Notes under the pieces: model-generated
Told to the model about the DNA's origin: nothing
The model's input: only the letters and a program-made list of their open reading frames with translations
Databases searched by the model: none
Shown: positions 23,821 to 33,672 of the stretch, piece after piece
How positions within the stretch are numbered: position 1 is the stretch's first letter
Layout of the letters: the number at the start of each line of letters is the position of its first letter
Translations under genes and position numbers: made by a program
Source: Lepidodermella squamata
Taxonomy: Eukaryota; Animalia; Gastrotricha
Length of the DNA stretch: 64,000 bases
Assembly: GCA_047495785.1 (NCBI GenBank)
Contig: JBLDXI010000063.1
Location: 248,001-312,000, forward strand
Direction: 5' to 3'

Positions 23821-26800
23821 CTAAGCCTTGGAGTTGGTGAAACACTTGCCACAACTGCGCCTGCAGTGAAGCGCAGTGAAGCCCCGAAGCATCATAGCTC
23901 TGAAGCGAGCTCGTTGCAAGTCACTGTTAACTGTTACGCCGCTTGGCGAAGTAGTTGTCGTAGAGAATGGGCTAAGAGTTGACTTTTCATGTGGCCTGCA
24001 GTATCCCTGAGCAGCGAACACCTTACAGCTAGCGGAAGAATCGTAACAGAAACCTTTCTTGTCTTGCGTTGCTGCAAGCTGCCCTTTGCCGTCTTTCGAG
24101 TCGCCTTTCCCTGCCGCCGCTGCTTTATCCTGGTCTGGTAGTAGCAGCCAGTTTGCAGTTGAGTTACGCTCGCTGGAGAATTTGGAAGCTAAGCGGTGGG
24201 CAGCCTCGATGTGGCCCACGTGGTGTTCGTCAAACTGAACCATCGGACGGAAACCGATGCGACCAAAAACTGTAATTTTTGGTCCATCGTCATTTTTTGT
24301 TGCTAAAATTCTGAAGCGAGAACAATTATACTTACATGGCCTTCTGAAAACGCCGTTTAGGCTGAGATGATTGAGCAAAGTGTTCGCTCCGCTGAAGCGA
24401 GATTTGGTTGTTGTTGACGCCGTCGTCGTGGTTGTTGTCGTGGTTGGTTCCGTAGTCGTACTCCGTGACGTCATTTCAATCAAGGGCAGCACATTGCCCA
24501 TACCGCCGGCCCAGCGGACATTTCGATCGTCGACTAGACTTCCTCTAAAAGCTGTATCAGGTAGAAAACTGTTGAGCGCTCCTTCAAATAGATTGCCACC
24601 TGGCGTTCGAATGCTATCGTCGTTGCAAAACCCACATGACTTTGCACATTTTTTCACCATCCAGTCGTTGTAAGACGCTGAAAATAAACTCAGCTATGAA
24701 ATTGACATCAAAGTTACAATAGGTATACCTATGCGGCATAAGCCGAATCGCTTCCAAACGTCACAGCGAGGTTCAGCGTCAGAGCACCCCTTTTTAGAAT
24801 GGATATTTACAAAATTACATACACACACGCACGGTTAATCGATTGTATTGAAAATTCTTACCTTCGAGGAATGGACTTGTTTGACAGGCCCGACGCCGCA
24901 GAGCCCACAGGCGTCAGGGCAATAGTTGGTCATAAACCGCTCCATACGGAAACAGTCGCCATTCAGAGCCCATTGAGAACATTTTGGCACAAAATCGCTG
25001 CAACCGCTTGTCTCTACGATAAGGTGGCATACGCATGTCAAAGCTTCACAATGCCTAGCGGTATGTAAACTTACTACCAATATTTGGTGCTTCACCGTAG
25101 CCCGTCCCGTAAAAGAACTGGCCAGAATCGATCGCATTCGATTTCGAGTCCGCGATCGACTGTTGTGCGCCACTGACAAAAGTCGGCCGCCATTGCGCTG
25201 GTTGCTTCTTTTCTTCGTTGGCTATGTAGCTTGCCGGCGCCGCGACATTCGAACCAATTGTTATGTTGATGCCAGAATTAGGTCCGAGGAAGTTGTGCGC
25301 GTTGATGAAAGTCAACTCGCCAGGACCTATCGCACCATCATTCGCGTTCTGGCTGCTACCCTTATTGCTTAATTTTTCTAAAGCATTGTCTATTTTGCCC
25401 GATGTCTTGGAGGAAATCGACGACATCGAGGTTGTAGAGCTAGTCGACGTAGTGGGAGTTGTGGTTGCAGCTGTTGACGACGAACTCGTCGACGTATGCC
25501 TGGGCGTTGTAGTCGTTGGAGTAGTTTTCAAAGTTGTTGTTGTTATTGTTGTTGAAGCAACACGATTCGTAGTAGTTTTCGTTGATGAAGAGGCAGTTGC
25601 TGAAAGTGTCGTGGTAGCTGTACTGGTTGAAGTAGTCGTTGTAGTTGATGGTGCCGCTGTTGTCGTGGTTGTCGTTGGGATTTTCGGAGACCGACGGCTT
25701 GCTGTCGACCACCTGCGTTCCATTTGACTGGTTTTAATCTCGGGTGACGTACTCGGAGTGGTCTCCATCGACGCCAGAGCTTTGCGATACGCTGGAGGAA
25801 GGAAGTCGCACCTAACAGCGGGCACTGATGGCATCACAGATAGCGAATAGCCTGGCATGCGGGGCGGAGGGCACCAGCATAGACAGTCTTTACCTAGAAA
25901 GCCCTCTCCACAATCCTGCTCCTTCTGCGGGCATCCACCTTAAAGCGCCGAACAATATTCAGAACTGTAATAGGGCATAACGGTGTGTCATAGACTTACG
26001 AAAACACCGATAAGCTCTGTTGACTTGTTTCACATCCTCGAAGCTGAGAATTTGTCGCTGACCTATCGCCGCTTGGTACTGAGGATCTGACGTGCGGATG
26101 GTGACATCGCCTCTCGCACTGAATGCTGTCTGGCCGTAATGCATAATGCTCAAATAGTCGTACTTGGAACCGAACGAATCGACTTGCTCGACAGTATTCT
26201 TGTCGAAGTTGTGCAAAAGCCACGGGATGACGTTTCCTATCAAATAATTATGACCACAACTAATGGAGATAGTTTTTGAATACTTTTACCTTGTATGATG
26301 TCGATGTAGTGATCTCGGTCAGGTCGACTTTGCTCGTGGTAGAAACCGATCGAATGCATCAACTCGTGCTGCATAATACCTTTCTGTGAAGTCAGGTGAA
26401 ATCAGTTATGAAGAAGAAGGATGAAGCAGAGATCGATTTATTACCCTGCGACAGCCGGGTGCAAGTGAGAGTTCTTGCTTTTTCAGCACTCTTCCCACGT
26501 GCGAATAGCATCCATCTGACGCAGATGAGAGATGAATGCTAATTTCAGTTTTCAAGATTTGGTCTTAATGACTTACCGCCGTTTATAATGTAGAGATAAC
26601 TGTTATCCGTGCGCGGATTTCTTTTCCTGAATTTGAGGCAAGTAAAGTTGTGAAAATCAGCGAGCGCCGAGTTGAATTCGATCATATCGTTGGTGTCGAA
26701 CTTGGCGTCATCGGCAAACTCGTATGGCACAACCCCGCCCGGCCTGAGATATTATGGCGAGAACTAAACTTGGATGAATAATAAATTTAAAACCGACCAT

Positions 26801-27213
26801 CTTAGAAGTAAGTCGCGAGCGAAATTTCGAGGCATTGCGCCTTTGACGATGGGCGTCTGTGGTACAAATGGCTCGATGAGCTTACTACGATCGAGGGTCG
26901 GCTCGTCGTTTGAGACGTTTCCCGCGGGCCCCTCGGAGGCCACTCTCAGTTGATTGAACCTATCCGTGCTCAGAACCATGTCGAGCTCGATGCGAACGTA
27001 GCCGGACGGCTTGCTAGGCGTATTCACAGTCGCATTCGTCTTGTCGCTTGTTACTAACGGAGGGTCGTAGAACACCTGTGGCGGTTGGCGTTTCGCTTCG
27101 GCGATCACCTGGTCAATTGTCTTTTCGGCGACTGTCACATGAGCAAGGGCGGTAATTTGGATTGTGACCAGGGCTAAGCAAGTAGGGATCATAGTGACCC
27201 GAGCGCTAAACAT
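23821..27213 (-). CDS. Astacin (M12A) metalloprotease with Thr-rich linker and three ShK domains. Exons 27213-26798, 26743-26577, 26515-26445, 26383-26290, 26236-26000, 25938-25075, 25013-24862, 24789-24729, 24677-23821
   Basis: Signal peptide, pro-domain ELDMVL, RW|[17 protein letters not shown], zinc motif [19 protein letters not shown], Met-turn SIMHY, GQRQILS, and three ShK Cys patterns. All introns are short GT-AG and in frame. Confidence 0.92.
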
Positions 27214-28337
27214 AGAGAATCATATAAATTTGTTTCGATAAATGGCTTTAGGTGTTATAAATGAGGGCAATTGATGCTGCGGTTATTATTATCTATAAAA
27301 GCGATAATAGATAGGCCTTACCTAGCTGGTTTTTTCGATGAGCGGCAGCAGCATGAAAACATGGCCGTGTAAAAAATTTACATTCGAGCCGCTATGCGAA
27401 ATTTGATTTCTTGTCGCGTTGGCCGTGTTTTCGCATGCCGTGCCCGAGGTGCAATAACACGGCCGGCCGATGACGATCAGGCCTTTCGGTAGTGACGGCG
27501 ATAATAACGAGCAAATATTATTTGCCAAACGAAGCCGTCTATAATATGCGGGCAACAAGGTATATTCCTTCCGCTGTCGTATTGTCGCCTTGCGTTTTGC
27601 GATATCCTATCGCACAAAAACGCACAAGAGTAAATATTGTTGTTTTCCAGGTCTTTGCAACGCAAAAATAGGAAGACTTTTTTGCTGGTTTTTTTTCGTC
27701 GCCGTTCGTGTTGACCGAGAAACAACTGTGTTTTTGCGGTTTGCTATATAACACATTATTTTTATTTAGCCGCCAGAAAATTGCTTTGCGGGGAGCACCA
27801 GAAAATTGCTCTTGTTTGTTTTCAGCACGCGAAATACGTGACAGTAAATTAAATTGGCGTAAATTGACCCTTTCTCTTCGTTTCTTCGAAGAAAGAAAGA
27901 AAGAATTCGTGCAGCAAACATCTTCATGACCTTCATGGTTAATTATTCGCTTGTACTTGAAATATCAGAATGGGTATATTTATTCTTCGTCCACATTGGG
28001 CGAAGAAATGACTGTTGTCGCCTCACCCTTCTAAGTGTGAACGAAGGTGGAATGAAATGGAAGGGCGACCGGCTTCTGGTTCTAGCAGTTCGAGGATATC
28101 ATAATAACGATGCTTTTTCAAGTAAAAGTTTACCTCGTCGTTATTTAGAGCAAATTTGAAGGATTTTATGATTCCTAGATGAACGCGTCAGATCGAATAG
28201 CCATGTTGATAATTGACATTCAGCATCTACTCACTACTCACATTCAAATTGAGTGAATTCAAAAAAGAAACATCTAATCAAAAAAGATAATTTATTCATA
28301 ACAATTTATAGTAATCAGAGTTACATCTCAATTGTTA

Positions 28338-29235
28338 TTACTTTTTCTTTTTGCCTTTGTCTCCCTTCTTTTTCTTTGCTTTTTTCGCCTCTTCGGCTAT
28401 TTGCTGCTTCTTTTGCTGAACACGAATCCAGGTATAGACGATGTCGGGCAATTTTGCGTGATCGGGCTCTTCAGGGGGCGGAGGCGTGACGGGTGTGCCC
28501 TCAGCGGCTCTCCGCAATAAAGCCCACGCTTTCGAACGAACATCAGCCAATTGCAGCGAGGTAAACCCCAGGCCGTTCGGCATGTTCGGATCTGCACCGT
28601 GATTTAACAACAAACGGCACATAGCTTCGTCATTATCTGAAAATAAATTAGACGAATAAGTTCATCGGTGTCCGGGATTGGGAGTTGTTTCAAGTGATCA
28701 ATAGATATAATAGTGGCTTTTAGTTACGAGCAATAAAACGATTGCTGAACAATATAATATGATGATGACAATAAATATACAAGTGTGAATAATCATCTCA
28801 GTAATTGATAATTCTACCGTTTGGTTTTATTGCTATGCGCCATCAACTGAACAGCATCTTTAGTTTCAATTTTTGCCTGAAATAGACGAAAAAAATGCAT
28901 TTTACGTACTTCTTGCAGCGACGTGAAGTGGTGCAAATCCCGTCGGTGTCGCTATGTTCGGCTTAGCTCCATTTTCCAGCAGTTTCTTAGCGATTTCAAT
29001 TGAATTGACTAAATGAGGCAAAACAAGTTGAGTAATTCCAGAGACAAACAACGGACCAACCTTCAACAGCCACAAATAATGGCGTCTTTCCAGCAGAGTT
29101 TCTAAAATTCGTATCCATAGCACCTTTCAATAGTTTCATAGTTTCACGCTCGTTTCTGTTTCGAATGGCTGTTTCCAGTTGAAACTCGAAAAGCGAAACT
29201 GGGATGGCATTGGCTGCAGCTGCGACTTGAGCCAT
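28338..29235 (-). CDS. Small ankyrin-repeat protein with Lys-rich tail. Exons 29235-29061, 29008-28910, 28636-28338
   Basis: GKTPLFVAVE|VNSIEIAKKLLENGAKPN, GFAPLHVAAR|NNDEAMCRLLLNHGADPN, GFTSLQLA. Ends KKAKKKKGDKGKKKK. Confidence 0.85.
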
Positions 29236-29848
29236 TGCAATTCAATTTAGGTAGGTGATTTTTCCACAAGTTTTAACGATGCAGTTTAATCGTCATCAAA
29301 GCCGAAATTGAACATTTAAGAACTCTACTATTGCGCAAGAGAACAGTCTAGCTTTTGAGGACCTTACGCAAAGATAAATAACTGGAAAGAATGCACAGGA
29401 CGCTACGGTAATATTAATAAGAAGCTTTATAATTGACAACTGAGATCAATCGAAACACTTCCAAAATGCATATAAGGTTTGTAAGAGATCTGCTCTCCGT
29501 GATCCTACACTATGCCGTAAACCCTCAAACCGAGAAGCATTACGACAGGACAATCGACAATCAATTGCCAAGATGGACTCCAACAACAACAAAATAGCGC
29601 AGATCGTCATCTAACATGTTGATCTTGCAACCTGTACGCCTTCAACGCATTCAGTAAAATTACCCCGCTGAAATTTAACTCATAGCACCCCCCATCCATT
29701 TCATAGCCCCTTATAATATAAATAGTAAATACACTGAATGAGACATCGTTAAAGGCGCCGTGACTTCTACCCCATCGTTACCCTCAACACCCATGGTCGA
29801 GTGATTATCTGATCATGGTAAAACATGCGATAGCGGAACAAGTCACGC

Positions 29849-29862
29849 GTTGCCATGGAAAT
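29849..29862. promoter_or_regulatory. RFX X-box upstream of the ankyrin gene
   Basis: GTTGCCATGGAAAT is a near-consensus X-box (GTTGCCATGGCAAC) about 615 bp upstream of the ATG. Confidence 0.65.
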
Positions 29863-30230
29863 AAATAAATTCGGAATTATATTTGCACTACGTTTGACAA
29901 TTTTATTATTCTATACTATTGTATTGTGTGAAAAACTAGGCGGGCTATTTCGCATCCGCTACTGATGAGGACTTTTTCCAGATTCTTCAAGTCCACGAAA
30001 CTTCCTATTCCTATTTCCTTACTATTTTTCTTGTAAATAATTCTCCAACTAGTCTTTTGGTAGCTTTCTTGCTACGACGGCGTTTGTAGGCTTCGCTGAG
30101 TGAGTGGAAAAGCCACCTGGGCACTAATGCCTGGGCCCTGGAGAAACAGTCAGCAATAACTGGAGTACCAGGGGTAGGGATTTCAATCAAGTAGTTAGTA
30201 AACCAGTTCAAACTTTCCTAGAGCGTAAGC

Positions 30231-30328
30231 TCGCGATTTTCTCACAAGCTCCGCCTTATGGCGAAAGCTTGAGTCCGTCAGGGCGAGGAGAAATCGTAAT
30301 TCCTGATCCTGATCCTGATCCTGATCCT
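30231..30328 (+). mobile_element. Probable 3' end of a LINE/SINE: stem-loop plus (CCTGAT)n tail
   Basis: Nested stems cgattttctc/gagaaatcg, caagct/agcttg and cgcc/ggcg, followed directly by about 4.5 copies of CCTGAT. Confidence 0.45.
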
Positions 30329-31367
30329 TTTTACCGCTTCCGCTGTTCCATTTTATCACGAGTTTTAGACGCGGCGAGTGTCCATGGTGAAGTTTGAAGC
30401 TTTTAGGAACGATGAGTAGCTATGCATTTTTGGGATATTCGGAGAATATCGTTTTCGGCAAAAAGAGCTAGACATCGCGATTACTTTATTTTTTAATCAA
30501 CAACTTTCCAAACGCAGCTGAGCTTGCACAAAATACCTTCTCGTCGCATTCCAATTCATCTAGTGGGGTATTTTGCTGCTCTAATGGCCGGGTTTTGCTT
30601 CAAATCAGATTTAATATATCTGCAAAAATGTCGACTGGCAAAAATTAAGTAGGACCAATTCGCAATTGGAACGAGGCGGATTTTGCTGAAATGTCAGATT
30701 GAGCTTTCCCCCTTCCTTGGTTTGGCTGTTTACTGCGAAGTCGAACCTGCGAAGAAAGCAACCAATTTTACCCCTCACTATATCGTAGAGGAATAGAGAG
30801 TCACAGCAATCATGCGGTAGAATGGGCAAGATTCAAGGATGTGCGGAATGCGGAAGCCTGGTCTTATTCACATGTTCATCAATTGTATCAAAGCCTGACT
30901 GCTGTTGCGGTAACAAATCACAATAATCGTCGATAATGTCATTTGCAGAGTCCGAATGGTCGGAGAAGCCATCTTGCATATCGGAGGAACCGAGCTTTAA
31001 ATTATCGTCGGAAGTCGGAAGCTGCGCTCAAAGGTACCATGTATATTCGTCGCTGACATCGGCATGAAGTAACTTTCCACGAACTGTTTCGAAGAGAAGA
31101 TTTGCTAGCTTTGGAGATTTCGATTCTTTGCTCTTTAAGCTCTCAGAACGTTTTCATGAGCCATCTCGCATACCTAAATGGCTTTCAATGAAGAAGGAAG
31201 AAGAATGAAAGAGAATTTTCGCCCACGACTTGTCCACTTCAACCACACCGCGAACTTAAATTTTCGCTGTTGAATGTTGCAAAGACCCCGAAAATATCAC
31301 ATAAGAGGCTAGACTGAAAAATATTGCGTGGGAGAAAGTGATAACTAACCATTCATTCACCCATCTA

Positions 31368-32148
31368 CAGTGTGTCCGCGAAATAATACGCACCTAAAAA
31401 TAGACGAGTCACCATGTGGCATCTGTGTCGCGTGCCCTAAAATCTTAGCTAGTGCGATCTTTGCGATCTACGCGATCTACGCGATCTACGCGATCTCTGC
31501 GATCTAACATTTCCACCATTTTTGTGTTAAAAAAACTAATTTGAATCAGAATTTTAAGAAACGGAACGGATATTGCTTGGAAAAATGCCATTGTACCTAT
31601 TTATGTGAGAAATGTGAAATTGAAAGTTAAGCTCTTCCAAACAAGGCTTAAACATAATGGAATCGGTAAAAAAAAAATGGAATAGGGGTTCAGTTGCAGA
31701 AAACACGTTCCAGTTGCTGTTTTTCACAAAAAAGCTTAAATTCAATTGAAATTCAATTCAATTCATCTCGGCGCTCGGGCTGCTTTTCATGACCGTTGTT
31801 TTTCTTTATTTTTGATATGAAAATTAACTCGAAAGTCTTCAACAACAGGACATTTGAAAACTGGACGCATCGAGTAAATGAAACTTTGAATTGATTTGTA
31901 TATTCAATTTTTAGAGTAGTTCTGTTAAACACCGACGATAATAATTGGGAAAAAAATAATTTGATCATTTAAATTCTGATTTTCACGGTGTGTGCATTCA
32001 TAAAAAATATCATACTTTTTACAAAGTGGCACGTGCGAAATAACCCTTATATTTGAAAACTAGCCTAAGGAGTCACACGCCTAGAGCAACATCTGCGACT
32101 AGCCTTACAAGTCTAAAAATGGGTGCGTATTATTTCGCGGACACACTG
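31368..32148. mobile_element. Tc1/mariner-type non-autonomous element (MITE), 781 bp
   Basis: Perfect 27-bp TIRs CAGTGTGTCCGCGAAATAATACGCACC, TA on both sides (31366-67, 32149-50), AT-rich non-coding interior. Confidence 0.88.
31453..31508. repeat. 9-bp tandem repeat (GCGATCTAC)n inside the MITE
   Basis: About 6 imperfect copies. Confidence 0.8.
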
Positions 32149-32151
32149 TAC

Positions 32152-32206
32152 GTGTGAAACGGCCTAAGTGGAATTCATTCACCCAAGTGTGAAACGGCCT
32201 AAGTGG
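32152..32206. repeat. Direct repeat GTGTGAAACGGCCTAAGTGG x2, part of a 35-bp tandem duplication
   Basis: Exact 20-mers at 32152-32171 and 32187-32206. Confidence 0.85.
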
Positions 32207-32421
32207 TGTTTGATATAACGCCATGGCGCATTCAGACCGAACAAAAGCACAGTCTATAACATGCAATTCGCTGATTACAAGTATGATCCAGAGCTGCACG
32301 ATTTAATTTTTTTCAGTGCTAATTAGCTAATTTTAATATCCTGCTAAATATGCTGCGAGTCGAGCGCATTTCTAATATTAATTTTGCCTTGAAAGTTGTA
32401 GTTTGTTAGAAGTATTTGGAA

Positions 32422-33195
32422 ATGCGTCGACAAGTAGGCGTAGCTGCGGCGCACAGTCGGCAGGTGGCGGCCGAGCGGTACCGCGAGGTGGGCGAGACGC
32501 TGGCGAGCGAGCACATGAAGCGCTTCCGCGAGTTGTACGCCAACTTCCGCACGCAGCTGGAGCAGTTCGCGGCGAAGCACCGCGACAAGCTGAAGAAGAG
32601 CCCGGAGCTGCGTCTGCAGTTCCAGAACATGTGCGCGCAGCTCGGCGTCGACCCACTCGTCTCGAGCAAGGGCCTGTGGACGGAGATGCTCGGCTTCGGC
32701 GACTTCTACTACGACCTGACGGTGCAGATCGCCGAGATCAGCATGGCGCACGCGCCGCGCACCGGCGGCCTCATGCGCCTCAGCGAGTTGCTGCAGCGGC
32801 TGCGGGCGTCGCGCTCAGCCGCCGCCGGCGACGTGTCGGCCGACGACGTGCTGGTGGCGGTGAAGCGGCTGAGTCGCCTGGGCGGCGGCTACACGGCCGT
32901 GGCGCTGCGGTCGGCGACGTCGGTGGCGGAGCGCGACTGGCTGATCCAGAGCGTGCCGCTCGAGTTGTCGCTCGACCACTCGGCCGTGCTGCGCCTCGCC
33001 GAGGCGAAGGCGTACGTGACGGCGGACGAGCTGCGCCGCGAGCCGCTCAGCTGGGACCAGGCGCGCGTCGACCGCGTCGTCGCCTCGCTGGTGCGCGACG
33101 GCCTCGTGTGGCTCGACAGCCAGCACGCCGGCGGCTCGACGACGGCCTACTGGTTCCCGAGCTTGTTCCAGACGGCCAAAACAACGCCTGTTTGA
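32422..33195 (+). CDS. SNF8: ESCRT-II subunit SNF8/VPS22/EAP30, intronless CDS
   Basis: MRRQVGVAA, FRTQLEQFAAKH, FQNMCAQLGVDPLVSSKGLWTEMLGFGDFYYDL, QSVPLELSLDH, GLVWLDSQ, YWFPSLF. Confidence 0.95.
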   Translation: MRRQVGVAAAHSRQVAAERYREVGETLASEHMKRFRELYANFRTQLEQFAAKHRDKLKKSPELRLQFQNMCAQLGVDPLVSSKGLWTEMLGFGDFYYDLTVQIAEISMAHAPRTGGLMRLSELLQRLRASRSAAAGDVSADDVLVAVKRLSRLGGGYTAVALRSATSVAERDWLIQSVPLELSLDHSAVLRLAEAKAYVTADELRREPLSWDQARVDRVVASLVRDGLVWLDSQHAGGSTTAYWFPSLFQTAKTTPV

Positions 33196-33250
33196 TTGCT
33201 ATTATTTAAATGATACGACCTTCCTTCCATTCGTCGGTTGCTTATTTTTC

Positions 33251-33256
33251 AATAAA
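33251..33256 (+). terminator. Poly(A) signal AATAAA of SNF8
   Basis: 55 nt after the stop codon, followed by a GU/U-rich element. Confidence 0.65.
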
Positions 33257-33672
33257 ATGACTTGATTCAAGTTCTCATTAGTTGGTCGTTTTGTTGCGTC
33301 GCGATTTCACAGCATACAGGTATTTGGTTCTTTGAATTCATTTTCAAGAGGTTGCGTTTTTTGCTGAAATTTCAATCTCAATACGGCACATGACATTTTG
33401 TCTATCTAACCGTGATATAGATTGCATCGGTTCTTCAAAAATTGATTTATCCTCGTTTTAATTTCCTACAACCTTCTTCCATAGAAACGCCTTCGAGCCC
33501 CGAGATGTTCATAATTGCCAGTTGAAAATTAGAAATGCAAACGATGCAGGACAACATAAACCTCGATTGTATTTTGAATTATCGATTGATTTAATGTGAT
33601 TTTTGTAGATATTTTACATGTTTTATTGAACTGGTCGACAACACGGTCTTTGATCGCTGAATATCTGTGAAA

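Noticed and set aside
29955-30010. Hammerhead-like core CTGATGA...GGACTT/AAGTCC...GAAAC
   Set aside because: Extra bases before GAAA and no partner strand with a UH cleavage site for stem III nearby
30231-30300. Hammerhead-like reading of the minus strand (CTGACGG...GAAA)
   Set aside because: A9 is missing and stem I cannot form; better explained as a retroposon 3' stem-loop
30330-31340. Possible decayed coding or transposase sequence
   Set aside because: Only short interrupted frames and no motif I can identify
32152-32206. CRISPR-like direct repeats
   Set aside because: Only two copies, a 15-nt spacer that is itself duplicated, eukaryotic context, and no cas genes
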